From Lingula anatina (Eukaryota; Animalia; Brachiopoda): a DNA stretch of 64,000 nt. The notes beneath the pieces were generated by a model. That model had not been told where the DNA came from. It worked only from the letters and a program-made list of their open reading frames with translations, and did no database searches. The stretch is taken from contig CM120648.1 in NCBI GenBank assembly GCA_051362555.1, positions 15,744,587-15,808,586 on the forward strand, given 5' to 3'. A program made the translations under genes and the position numbers. Positions within the stretch are counted from its first letter, which is position 1. Every line of letters starts with the position of its first letter. This document shows positions 9,701-21,772 of this stretch, one piece after another.

Positions 9701-11893
9701 TGCGCCTCGCTGGAAATTTTTTTCGTTCCCGCCACCTTCCCCGTCTCCTCCTTCATGCAGTTATTCACAAATGATAATTATGGATTTAGCACATGTCTGC
9801 CGTTATTTCTTTTGTATTTTTCAGTGTCCCTCATACGCCAAAGCCCAGCACCTTCACCACCATCATCAGCTTCGGTGACTCTTTCTTCTTCATCCGCGTT
9901 ACTGCCGTTTACTTCTGTGCCGGCGGATATTCAGCAGGTCCTTGGCGCGGTCACTAGTTTGGCCAATACGATGGAAAGAATGGAGGCTTCTGTGACTGGG
10001 CTACGCACTACTTTTTCGACATTCCAGCCATCTTCTGCGGACTCAGGTAGGGTGTCCCCACTTCCCTCAACTTCTAGACACCAGACTAAATCTTTCCCTT
10101 TGCACGCCCAGGTAGACACTAAACTTAAAGATAAGATTTGGGGGAATCAGTTTATTGAGTTGGCGCTTGTTTTACAAAACCAATCGACTTTGTTGCCCCA
10201 ACCCGGTGATCCCCTCTCCTTAGCGATGGAGACACATAATGGCCTGTTAACCCTGGTAGTTTCTCAGGGTAGAAAACCTCAGATCTCTTACCTGAGTCAG
10301 TTTACTACGGTTTTTTATTCTTTTATGTCTGTATACACATTGAAGTAGTCTTATGGGTCTAACTTGTTAAAATGTGCAGAGGACATTAAAATTTTGGCGG
10401 GTCTTAGGGGGAACTGGCTTGCGTACGACTGCACCTTTAGGGGTAACAAGGAGAGGTCAGATGACCCCTGGCAAGATATTAATTGGGACTTGTGAAATAG
10501 GACACTTCTGAACTCTTGCCTTCATTTTAGCCCTCAGTACCACCCCAGAGCTTTGCCTAGAAACACGAAGCACAGGCAGCCCTTTCGTCAGTACTTCCCA
10601 GCAAGAGTCAGCTTCTTAGTTTCATTCAGGGGGGGGGGGGGGGGGGGGGGGGGGGGCTTACTCACTGACTGCTTGACAGTTTAGCAACTAGGAACCTCTT
10701 ATGATTGGCATATTACCCAAGAAAACCAAATACTGTAGTTCCCCATAGCATAACTATGAGAAATAACAAAGGACGCCGTTTTATTTACCCAGAAAATTAT
10801 ATTTTTATGGACATTTTAAATATTCGATTTGCTGCAGCTCAAGCTTTTGCCTCACAAAAAGACGGGTACGGGTCCATATTCTTTTAATGTTTCGATTCAC
10901 ATATTGTTTTGAAAAGTGCATTATGTTATTTTAAATGGTATTGTATTTTGATATACATTGTCTTTGTAAAATACTAAGAGACTCTATAGTTAAAAAGGAA
11001 CATTCGCAGCAAAAAAAAAAAAGTTTAAATGGCAAGAATGTCCAATAAACATTAAGATAGCTTATGGCATGAGAAAAGCATGAGAAATTACATGTTTTTT
11101 GGCCATTTGTAATGTCTGTCCTTATATATAAATGATGTTATGAAGCAGCATGAATACCATTCCCACTTTCCAAATACATTGATAGAAAATAATAATTGTG
11201 CAATTTAGCTTCAGGTCCATCAACATTAGCTTCACGAGAACAACAACAAAGGTGTAAGTATGAAGGTATAGATACATGACGCTAGTAGTGATGGGACAGC
11301 ATTTACAAAATAAAATTGATTACACAACGTCCAATGCATATTAAGGTATCCTGTGACAGCAGAACAGTCTCTGGTACAAATACAATATTGGCTTTTGGTG
11401 GCATTTTTTTTTTTTGTTTTGTTTTGTTTTAACTCGAGATAGCTTTTTTGTTTCTCCATTGATGATTTCCACCACTGCAACCGGTGAATAAATACGTTTA
11501 GAGCATATTCAAATGGTTAGTCAGCAGTAGAAATCTTATGGTGCTATTAGTGGAGTCATGACATCATTGATTCCATGTATTATATTATACTTTTGTTGTT
11601 GAACCTAAATCATGTTTCTTTCCTTACAAATATTGCTTTCAAAATTATTCTTCAACTTTTATAATACTCTGAATTGTCACATAATATATAGACATATAAT
11701 TTAAATATAGTATCACACAGAAGTGTATATTCTTCATGTCTTTAAATAGACTGCCACTTGAAATGTCTGGCATCAATGCGCTGTGTGAGTACCATTCACA
11801 TTTCCCTGATACATTGTGTATAAAGTAATTACAATAACTTTTTCAGATCGGGAAGTAGATTTACACCCAACACTCAGGGACACCCAAGTATGA
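6784..11893 (+). CDS. C-terminal part of a micro-exon-encoded single-pass membrane protein (S/T/P-rich stalk, TM helix, tail ending DTQV); one exon interrupted by an insertion, so possibly a disrupted allele or pseudogene
   Basis: AG/GT-bounded exons 6784-6813, 7002-7034, 7324-7356, 7716-7748, 7900-7932, 8380-8408, 8614-8670, 8958-8974+10661-10678, 10838-10865, 11209-11253, 11847-11893 join with matching phases: ATPGSTITTSIPISDNAQGSCAPPAKCTITTSAPPAKSNITTSKHVSDNTPGVFDFHVSNAVWAILVLEIIICIGVGVIIYKCPKKILLTDCLTLKLLPHKKTASGPSTLASREQQQRYREVDLHPTLRDTQV*. 5' exons not resolved. Confidence 0.65.
8975..10657 (+). mobile_element. Internally deleted DIRS/Ngaro-type (tyrosine-recombinase) retrotransposon remnant
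   Basis: GC-richer block with a gag-like ORF1 remnant and no RT, RNase H or YR. Flanked by TTA at 8972-8974 and 10658-10660; ends in a G-run. Confidence 0.65.
9820..10500 (+). pseudogene. Gag-like ORF1 remnant of the DIRS/Ngaro element
   Basis: LHAQVDTKLKDKIWGNQFIELALVL...QISYLSQFTTVFYSFMSVYTLK*SYGSNLLKCAEDIKILAGLRGNWLAYDCTFR...PWQDINWDL* follows the KIW..F/Y...W..YD..FR..PW pattern of DIRS/Ngaro ORF1; in-frame stops at 10346 and ~10493. Confidence 0.7.
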
Positions 11894-12232
11894 AGATACA
11901 GACACACGGCGCTGGTAAAAATGAGACATTCTCAGCAAAATAAATCAAGTTTAAAAGACAAAATGTCCAGTTAACATTAAGGTAGCTTATGGCATGAGAA
12001 AAAGTGTCTGGTACAAATACATTGTTGCTAAAAACGCTAAAAGCAGCATTTTTTAAAACTGAGATAGGTCTTTATTTCTCTTTTGATAATTTCTGCCGGG
12101 TATGAGACAACCTGCAACCGGTGAATATGTAACCCAATATAGTTATTTTAGAGCATATCCAAATAGTTAATTATATTATAGTTTTAACATGGAACTTTAA
12201 TAATGTTTTCCCATGCATATACTGCTATCAAA
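10985..12232. repeat. Diverged local tandem duplication (~10985-11720 versus ~11920-12232, continuing after 13597)
   Basis: Shared aatgtcca.t.aacattaag.tagcttatggcatgagaaaa, ctggtacaaataca, ctgcaaccggtgaata and tctgaattgtcaca. Confidence 0.65.
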
Positions 12233-13597
12233 ATACATACCTAGGGATGTTATATGACCATGGCGATATGATAATCACTGAAGCCTGTCCATTTAGCCAA
12301 GCTTCAGTGAAGATCGAGGGTAACCTCGAGCCGCTACCCAAAAATGTCTCGCTTCACTCGACATTTCTGCGTAGCGTCTCTCGGAGAACTCGGATTTAAC
12401 CTCGATGTAGTCTAGAATTTCACGACTACATCTTGGTTAAATCAGTCGCGGTCTCTTAAATGCTGAAAGCCAAAGACAGTGATTATGTGACCTTCTTGGC
12501 ATCAAGAGAATAGTGACGTTGCTTACGTTATATACCTACCAGTAGACAAATTTAAAATCTCTCACACTCTTAAAAAATTAGCATAAACTTTTCACGTTTA
12601 ACAATTATTATTTATCATTTTATTACACTAAGTCATGTCACATGGGTATGGTTTGAAAACGGGAATTAGTTAACATTTAAGCCACACGTGTATACAAATT
12701 ATCTGTAAATCCATAACTTTTTAACGAGGGTTGTATTATTATTTACCTTTTGTTTTTACGCTGTTCATTCTTCCTCTTTATCAGATATATCAGTAAAAAT
12801 CAAATGTATTCCCCCTTTGAATTTGTAATTACATACAGCACATGAATGCTCTGAATACCAGCACATGTATATTCCGAAACTGCCTCGTAGTAAAAAAATG
12901 TCACCAAAACGTAGAATTATTACACCTGTGGACTTGAAATAAACATCCGTTTGATTTTGACTATATTCCGTAACCGCCTCGTCGTCAGAAATAATAATTA
13001 AAAAATAGAATTAATACTCCCCTGAACTTATAATAAACATCCGTCGCTTTTGACTATATTCCAAAACTGCCTCGTTGTCAGAAATATCACCAACAAGTAC
13101 ATTTCTTTCTCCTTTGCACTTGTGAAAAATAAGTTTGACTATATTCCGGTCCGACGCTCCTTTTTTATCAGAAACGTCACTAAAAAGTAAAGGTTTTGCC
13201 TTGGAACCTTTTTTCCGCAGCAGTCCCAGCTAGGTGTGGCTCAGCTGAGACGCGCATGGTCAGTGTCAACGGTTGATTAAATACTTTTCAAGTAAATGAA
13301 CGTCCACGACAAGTATTTAACCAAAATTGACCAAATTGGTCAGACATTACGTAAGAATTTGGCGGGAGGTGACCAGCGCACGTGGACGAGTTTATTTCAT
13401 ATAACATCTCTAGAGCATGATATAGGGTCACTTTATTCGGTTTTAGGGGTGTTTTAGGATGAAATGATTGTATTTTTTCTCGGTATGTATGTCAAATAAT
13501 ACACTGTCACCCTCTCGCGATATATGCCATGAACACCTCTCGCTGACGCTCGAGGTGTTATGGCATATATCGCTCGGGTGACAGTGTATTATCTCAC
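12233..13597. mobile_element. ~1.36-kb non-autonomous element, copy 1 (no TIRs, terminal hairpin; Crypton-like)
   Basis: Closely similar along its length to 40208-41738 with the same boundaries; long hairpin at 13482-13597; no ORF. Classification is inference. Confidence 0.75.
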
Positions 13598-14792
13598 ACA
13601 TAATATCTTTTCAAATTCTGAATTGTCACAAATTATCTCAAATGTACTTCAAACAAAAAAAAATGAGAAAGAATCACACAGAGGTATATATTCTACTTGC
13701 CTTTAAGCCGGGGTCACACTGCGCTTGCAACCTCTTGGCGACCTCTTTGCAATCTCAGTCGCAAGGAGGTTGCCGTAGGTTTTTAAGTGGACGCATAAGG
13801 TTGTTAACAGGTCGCCTGCGATCGTTGATACATGAAGGCCATATTTTGTGAACCGACAACCAGTGCGACTAAAGATGAAAAATATCGGTATCCTACAGGT
13901 TACCTGTCGGTCTCCACTTGGTTGCCTTACTATTTGTAACTGCACGGTCGATTGACAGTATTTAGTCGACTGGTCGTTTACAAGTTTTTTACCAGTCGCA
14001 AGTAGTCTGAAGCAGGTCGCTAGAAAGTTGCAGTTGTAACTACGCGGTCGATTGACGGTCTTTAGTCTCTTGGTCGCTAACAGGTATTTTACCGATTGCA
14101 GGCATTCGGTGGTGGTCTATTTGGACAAAGACGTTTTTCATAATTTGTCATGTATGCCTCCTAAATATCAACATCATAAATTATAATATTTTAGAAAAAG
14201 AAAAGATAAATTGCATTTGTTGGCAAATATTTATTCTAATTGCCAGGGCTTTCATATACCACGTATTTCAAACTTAGGCCACACTTTTTTATTTTTATGG
14301 ATGACATCCTCTGGGTACCCCAAAATCGGTGCGCGAGGGCGAAAAATAAAACCGTCAAAAAAAAAAAAAAATACTGCTTAAGTAAAGGAATGCTGTCAGT
14401 ACACAGCTGGAAACACAAATTTTACCACAGTAACACGTATCAAACGAACAATATGTCTTTATCCATGCTCTAAAAATATTAAAGCATTGTGAATACTTCG
14501 TAGAAATGTAAAAAAAGTCATGAATAGATATACTTCATATTACCAAATCTATTTAAGGTTATTTCATGAATTCAGTTGGTATAGCAATCAATAAAACAAA
14601 TATGATGGCTGACGGGGAGGAGTACGTGGTTTGCTGAGCTGCGGGAATTTGCCATCGGATCAAGGGATGCACGAACCAGAAAAAAGTACGGGGTGAGTGA
14701 CAGTATCGTGAAGACACCGTGCATCGATGGAAATATTTGATTCAAACTATACTTTGTGAAAAGACCGTTTTTTCGGGCTTTTTAGAATTGAT

Positions 14793-14936
14793 GATATTCG
14801 ATGACCTTAGTTGCATACGCTGAGAACTGCTTACAAACTCATGCGAACACTTCGCAATACCGAGATATTTGATGACCTTAGTTGCATACGCTGAGAACTG
14901 CTTACAAACTCATGCGAACACTTCGCAATACCGAGA
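14793..14936. repeat. Tandem duplication, 2 x 71 bp, in the LINE 5' UTR
   Basis: gatgaccttagttgcatacgctgagaactgcttacaaactcatgcgaacacttcgcaataccgaga at 14800 and 14871. Confidence 0.92.
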
Positions 14937-15016
14937 AAGCCCAATAGCCCTGTTAACCACAATTACAATAGCCATCTTACAAGTAGTCATTACGATCGTG
15001 ATCCAACTATTCAAAT

Positions 15017-15879
15017 ATGAGTGTAACCAGCAAGGCGAAAGGCCGTGACGCGACGCACTCGGAATCAAGAACAAAACGCCTCTTTTCTGAACTTTCCAAC
15101 TCTAGTGGGGAAGAGTCGCCTCTCATCATGAAAGAATTAACGGACATCAGAACTGAATTAAAGAAAACAATAAAAAGTGAAGTGGGAGAAGTAAAATGTA
15201 TGGTAGAAGAATTGATGAAAAATATGACGGAAATGATAGAGTCGAGGCTACTAGAGTTGGAGAAGAAATTTGATGAAAAGTATGGGATTTTGAAAGATGG
15301 ATATGACCATTTAACCGTTGAAAATGAACTACTGAAAGAAAAAATACACGAAAATAAAAAGGAAATTGCAAAGTTAACAAAAATGGCGGAAGAGGCGTGC
15401 CAAATGTCGAAAGCAGCACAAATCAAAGCGAACTATAATGAACAGTACTCGCGTAAAAACAATATTAAAATTTATGGTGTTAAGGAGTTAAGAGATGAAA
15501 ACACGACCAATACAGTGGCAAAACTACTCCAACAAGAAGTGGATGTCAAGGTGAACATGGATGAGCTTTTAGCAGTCCACAGAATACCAGGCAAACAGGG
15601 CCAAGAGAGACCGATTCTAGTGAAGGTGAAAAATAACGACGTGAAGGCGCGTATTATGAAAAAACGATCAGCTGTGAAGAAGTCCGGAAAAGGAATCAAA
15701 TTTGCAGACGATGTGACGAAATTAAATATCGAACTTCTACACAGGCTGAATGAAAATGAGTCAATTGAACAAGCCTGGTTTTTCAACGGGAACGTTTATG
15801 GAAAGCAAAGAATAGCGAGACCAAGATTAAATTTGATATATTTGACATAATAGACGAAAAGATAAAGAAAAGAAAATAA
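15017..15879 (+). CDS. LINE ORF1 protein (coiled coil plus L1-type RNA-binding region), frameshifted near the C-terminus
   Basis: ORF 15017-15850 has EQYSRKNNIKIYGV, AVHRIPGK..RPILVK and FADDVTK. A neighbouring frame continues KIKFDIFDIIDEKIKKRK* to 15879. Confidence 0.85.
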
Positions 15880-16038
15880 ACAAGATGTCATTTATTCGGT
15901 GTATTGAACTAACTATAAATATATGCTAATGCATCGTATTGACCGATGGACACTGGTTTTTCTAGCTGGTAATTGAGTCAGTCATGAAGAATATTGTGTG
16001 TAAGTGTAACCTCTATGTGGCGTGTAATGTTGTATGTA

Positions 16039-17422
16039 CACACACTGGACAAAAGAAGTGTCACCCCTACTGAGCCAATACTATGGGGGAGATAAATGAC
16101 TGTGGAATAATATGCTACTAGTTTCATTTTATTAACATCAAATTTCACAAAAAATCACAAAATGAGAACAAAATATACATTCTACCAAAATATGCAGTTT
16201 CAAGTCCAAAATTAGTACTTAGTGGCATAGCCACGTGACCTAATAATAGGTGCCAGTCTACGAAGCAAGGATTCATATAATTGTCTGATGCGTTCAGGGC
16301 TTATGCTGGCCCAAGCATGAAACACTGAATATAACAGAGTTTCTCTGCTGGTTAGACGGGCATTTGTAAAAAGTTTTGACATATAAATACACACATTTTC
16401 TATTATGTTTGCATCCGGACTCTGGGCAGGCCACATCACCCTGCGAATGTCCTGTTGGTCAGACCAATCATCAACTGCTCTGGGCCTGTGACAAGGAGCA
16501 TTGTCATCCCGGTGAACAAATGTTAAATTCCTGTCACCAAACATGTTAGCAATAGATGGTAGCAAGCCTGACTCTAAAACATCGATATATTTCTAGCGAT
16601 TCATGTTTCTATTAACCACTATCAATTCGCCCAAGCCATGGATGCTGATGCAGCTCCACACCATGATGAATATGCTGCTCCGGGTTCGAAAATTCAGTGC
16701 ATGTGGTGCAAATGCTTTACCAGCAGTTTGCCAGCATAGTACCTCTGTCATCAGAGGTCAGACCAAAGCGACACTCATCAGAAAAAATATATAGGACCAA
16801 TTGTCATGAACTGTCCAGTTCCAGATCCTGTTGACCCTAGTTTACTCTACGTTGCCTGTTTTGTAACGATATAAGAGGTTTCAGTCTTGCTACCCTGCTG
16901 TACACTCTCTGAGCATGTAACCGACGCCTAGCAATTTTCACAGACACATTCTTATGTGTGAAATTGTTCCACTGTGTTGTCAACTGACAAGCAGTGTCGA
17001 ACTTTGACAACCTGGACATCAAAATCAGTCGTCGGTCTTTACGGCCAGTATTTTTTCTTGGACGACCCATCAGAGGCAATTTGTCTCTTGATCCAGTGTT
17101 TTTATACCTAGACCAGACCCCCTGCACGGTTCAATTGTATCAATTCAATTGTATCGATATTCTGACATTGCTTATATTCCGCCTCTTCAGGTTAATAACT
17201 TGCACCTGTAACCGTTAGATAATTGCCTGTATCTTGCCATATTGGAGGAAGACAGGAATAAAATTTGCTGTACATGTACAAGACCAACAATACAATTCCA
17301 TGGTATAGCGGTTTTATACTCATTAGTCACATTATAAGTAGACCAGGCATTATAAGTACCCAAGATCTGCCTACTTTTATTACTCTGAGTTAGGGGGTGA
17401 CACTTCTTTTGTCCAGTGTGTG
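16039..17422 (-). mobile_element. Tc1/mariner (DD34E) transposon, 1384 bp, inserted between LINE ORF1 and ORF2
   Basis: 29-bp perfect TIR CACACACTGGACAAAAGAAGTGTCACCCC; TA TSD at 16037-16038 and 17423-17424. Confidence 0.95.
16212..17240 (-). pseudogene. Tc1 transposase with frameshifts and stops
   Basis: MARYRQLS..., GRPRK, YSRVARLKPLIS, IFSDECRF, DNAPCH...WPAQSPDANIIE (34 residues between D and E), RGYATKY*. Confidence 0.92.
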
Positions 17423-17574
17423 TATGTTTAAGTGTATGGATGTGGGAGCATACTGGACTCGAATACAAGAGACGATAATTTATTGCAGTAAAACTTGTTT
17501 CATAAGAAATCACTATTTACACCAGATAAGGTACTACCAGTATAATAACCATTACCTATTGCTAATTATTGAAC

Positions 17575-20500
17575 ATGGCGAGTATTAAAATAGGGTGCAT
17601 GAACTGCAGGGGGTTGAGCTCAGATCAAGTAAAAAGGAGAGACTTTTTTGACAAGTGTAGGAAAAAATATGACGTAGCCCTGCTAATAGATACACACAGT
17701 GAGAAAAATGCCGAAGATATGTGGAGAAATGAATGGGGTGGAAATGTAATTTTTAGTTCATTCTCTTCAAAAAGCAGGGGAGTAATGGTGCTTCTCCAAA
17801 ATTTGTTTCAATATAAAATACACAGTAAGATATTAGACCCTGAGGGGAACTTTGTCATCATGGACATAACTGTACAAGAAACGCGCCTTTCGCTCGCGGC
17901 AATTTATGGACCTAACAGTGATTCACCGGAATTTTTCAAAAACATCGAACGGAAACTAAGCACACTTGGAAATACTACGATTATTATCGCCGGTGACTGG
18001 AATGTTCCGCTTGATTACGTAAGGGACACGCGAAATTACATGAATAAAAATAATGAAAAGTCTAATAAAACTGTCCAATCACTAATGAATACTTTTGATT
18101 TGATTGATGCATGGAGAGAGCAACACCCTTACGAAAACAAATATACGTGGCATGGCCCTCATCACAAACAAAGTCGCCTAGACTATTTTCTTATCTCGGC
18201 CGACTTACAGCAATACTTAGTTGATTCTGACATTGATTTAGCATACCGCTCTGACCATTCACCAATATCAATAGAATTTAGATTTATTAATCAGAAAAGA
18301 GGCAAAGGGACGTGGAAATTAAATAATAGTCTATTGGGAGACCCAAACTACATCTTGCTAGTAAAAGAAACGATTACACAAGTCTTAAATGACTATAGAA
18401 CAGAAAACACTGTTGAATATCCAGAAACTTTGTATAGTATAAATGATCACTTGCTTTGGGAGATGTTGAAACTCAAAATAAGAGGCAACTCGATTCGATA
18501 TTCCACACAGAAAAAGAAAGAGAGAGAAAAAGCTGAAAAAGACCTAGAAGAAAGACTAAAAATCTTATATGCTACAACTGGAACAAATTTGGATAAGGGT
18601 GAAATATTTAAGGTGGAATCAGAACTTAAAGAGTTAAGAGAATACAGAATAAAGGGTATAATAATGAGAACAAAAGCGAAGTGGAAAGTAGAGGGTGAAA
18701 AAAGTACGAAGTATTTCTGTAATTTGGAAAAACGAAACTATGTTGATAAAAGCATTCCTAAACTAATACTTAAAAATGGAACCGAAATTAAAGCAATTGA
18801 GGATATTGTCAATGAACAGAAAAGATACTATGCAGATTTATACTCCTCAAAAGGTACTAAAATCATTAAAAAACATTCTGACATTTTCTTTAACGATAAA
18901 AATCCCTATATCACTAAACTCCCGCGAGAAAATGAAAATATAGACGCGAACATTACAGAACAAGAATGCCTAGCCGCTTTGAAACAAATGCCAAACGGTA
19001 AATCTCCAGGAATTGACGGTTTCACCGCTGAATTTTATAAGATGTTTTGGCCTGACATAAAACACTATTTATTACGATCGTTTCGATACTCATACGAAAT
19101 ACAAAGCATGTCCATATCTCAAAGACAAGGTCTGATAACATGTCTACCGAAGGGGGAGAAAAAGAAAGAATATTTAAATAATTGGAGACCTATAAGTTTA
19201 TTAAACGTCGACTATAAAATTGCGTCCGCGTGTATCGCAAACAAAATAAAACCTTTTCTCAGTCGAATTATAAGTGAAACGCAGTTGGGATTTCTAAAAG
19301 GCTGATATATTGGGGAGTGCACTCGGTTAGTGAACGATTTGATAGAAAAAAACTGAAAAAGAAAACATATCCGGAGTTTTACTACTACTTGACATGGAAA
19401 AAGCTTTCGATTCTTTGGAATGGGTTTTCATTGAAAAAACACTTCACTTTTATAATTTTGGGGAAAAAATAGTTAGATGGTTTAGAACACTATATAAGGA
19501 TATTTCAAGTTCAATACAAAATAACGGACATTTGTCCAATTTCTTTGATATCAAAAGAGGAGTAAGACAAGGTGACCCTCTGTCCCCATATCTATTTATC
19601 TTATCATTGGAATTACTCAGTTCGGCACTAAAGCATGAGCAAGAAATAAAAGGAATTACTATCGAGGGAAATGAATATCTACTAAGTCAGTACGCAGACG
19701 ACACTACGGTTATATTAAGTGATGACAGAGTTTCGCTGGAAAAAACTATGGAGATCATAACCTTATTTGCAGAATGTTCTGGACTACGCACCAATTTTAA
19801 TAAAACTGAGGCAGTTTGGATTGGATCAAAAAGGGGGGAAAGGGAAACAATAAAAACCAAACTAGAACTAAAATGGAATCTTGAAGGAAAATTCAAGCTC
19901 CTAGGTATAAAATACGACTTGTCCAAAGAAGATATATACCATGAAAACTTCTCTGAAAAACTTCATAAATACAAAAAAGTACTCGATGATTGGTCCTTTA
20001 GAACTTTATCCTTGATAGGTAAAATAGTAGTAGTACGAACGATTGCTATGCCACTGCTAATACAAATGCTCACAGTTTTACCAACTCCCGAGGAAATCTT
20101 CTTCAAGGAATTAGAAAAAATAACTTTTGCTTTTATTTGGGGAAGCGCAATTGATAAAGTAAAAAGATCAACCATGAAAAGAAATTACGAAGAGGGAGGA
20201 CTGCGCGCTCCTGACTTTAGGCTTTTAGCAAAATCCCTAAAAATTACGTGGGTAAAAAAGTATCTAAATGATAATCATAGCAGCGCATGGAAAGTACTTT
20301 TGAAGAAAAACCTAGAAAAAATTGGGGGACGTAATTTTTGGTATCTCACGAAAAATGGCCTTTCACAAACAAAATTTATTTTCAATCCATTTTGGAAAAA
20401 CGTTATTTCTGCATGGGCAGAATTACAAGATAGCCCCGCAGAGTCGACAAGCGACATTTTATCACAACCTATTTGGTATAACGAAAACGTGAGAATTAAT

Positions 20501-21362
20501 GATGTCCCCTATTATTGGAAAAGGTGGTGTGATAAAGGTGTCTTTTTTATATGCGATTTGATTAATGTCTCAGGCGAGTTTTACACTATAGATGAGATCA
20601 ATGCAAAATATCAATCTAACTTTAACTTTCTCGAACACTTAAGTATAAGAAACTCCGTACCACAAAATTGGAGAAAACTAATTAAGGCATATGGTCATAA
20701 CATAACAGAAGCTAGAAACGAAAACATTTCACTGATTCAGATGAATGAAAAAGTATCACAGGTATTTTATAAATTGTTCCTTAAAAGGACGTGCCCCAGA
20801 TATCAGAATCGCTGGGAGTCCACTCTGCATTACCATAGCGACGATGATATATGGGGGGCGATTTTTGGGGCACCGTTTGAACAAACCGACGATACTCGAC
20901 TACAAGCCCTCCAGTTTAAAATTAACCACAAGATTTTTTGTACAAATTCTTTTCTATACAAAAGCAAACGAAGGGAGTCAGCAGAATGTACCTTTTGTCA
21001 TTTGTTAAAAGAAACACTGAAACACTTATTTTGGGACTGTGTCCATGTGCAAAATATTTGGACATGTTTGATCAGAAGTTTGAAAAAAACATTGCGGACT
21101 CACGATAGAAAGAAAACTAGAATATTTTGTACTGGGTACTCTGAATAAGCAATTGCCCGGTATATATCTTGTCATCCTTCTAATCAAAAAATATATTACT
21201 CTCTGTAGGACAAAATTGGAAATCCCAAACTGGAAAAGCACAAAAACATTTATAAAATCATATAGAGATATAGACACGTATTCCAATTATTTACGGACTG
21301 AGAAAAAAAGATTAGAAATCACACAGAAATGGGAGAACGTGAAGCTAATTTTCGAAAATTAA
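17575..21362 (+). pseudogene. LINE ORF2 (AP endonuclease, reverse transcriptase, CCHC finger) with one premature stop and two frameshifts
   Basis: MNCRGL, IYGPN, AGDWN, SRLDYF, SDHSPI; KSPGIDG, NWRPISLLNVDYKI, DMEKAFD, RQGDPLSP, QYADD; CTFC..ETLKHLFWDC. TGA at 19303 (GFLKG*YIGEC), frameshifts in A-runs near 19350 and 21085. Confidence 0.95.
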
Positions 21363-21480
21363 AACATGTGGGGTTTCCCATTCTGTCCATTAAAAATGTA
21401 ATTTATATTAAGTCTACACCATGTTTCTTTTTTCTTCGCACTAGTATTTTTATATATCCATATATTTATTTTATTACGGC

Positions 21481-21511
<31 letters not shown>

Positions 21512-21740
21512 CTTGTATCTTAGACTTATTAGCCTATTGTCTACCTTTCTGTAAATAGTAGTTGTAAAAAGTGATAGTATACTACATTTTTATTTTTTTA
21601 TACCTTGATAGAAATGGCAAAGTCACAATGATAATACTATGTAGTTGCTCCAAATGTGAGAGGCATGTGTGCGTGTATGGGAGTGAGAGGTTTAGTTAAT
21701 TATCCTAGTTATTATTTAGTGTATTTTTGGTATATTCTGG

Positions 21741-21772
<32 letters not shown>

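Larger units (their letters stand above)
14604..21767 (+). mobile_element. Full-length L1-clade (Tx1-like) non-LTR retrotransposon
   Basis: TSD AAAACAAATAT at 14593-14603 and 21768-21778; 5' end GATGGCTGACGGGGAGG; 5' UTR, ORF1, ORF2, 3' UTR and poly(A) at 21741-21771. Confidence 0.93.

Noticed and set aside
9509-9820. N-terminal part of the 279-aa ORF as a membrane protein
   Set aside because: It starts at TTG and reads through non-coding element sequence; only the distal gag-like part is recognisable.
10629-10656. G-runs here, at ~22328 and at ~59953 as G-quadruplex elements
   Set aside because: Simple homopolymers of unreliable length with no further support.
13642-13945. ORFs in Harbinger subterminal regions (also within 22766-26359)
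   Set aside because: Chance frames in GC-richer GGTCGCA/TGCAACC repeats.
15007-21286. Minus-strand ORFs overlapping LINE ORF1 and ORF2
   Set aside because: Antisense by-products of A-rich coding sequence with no motifs.
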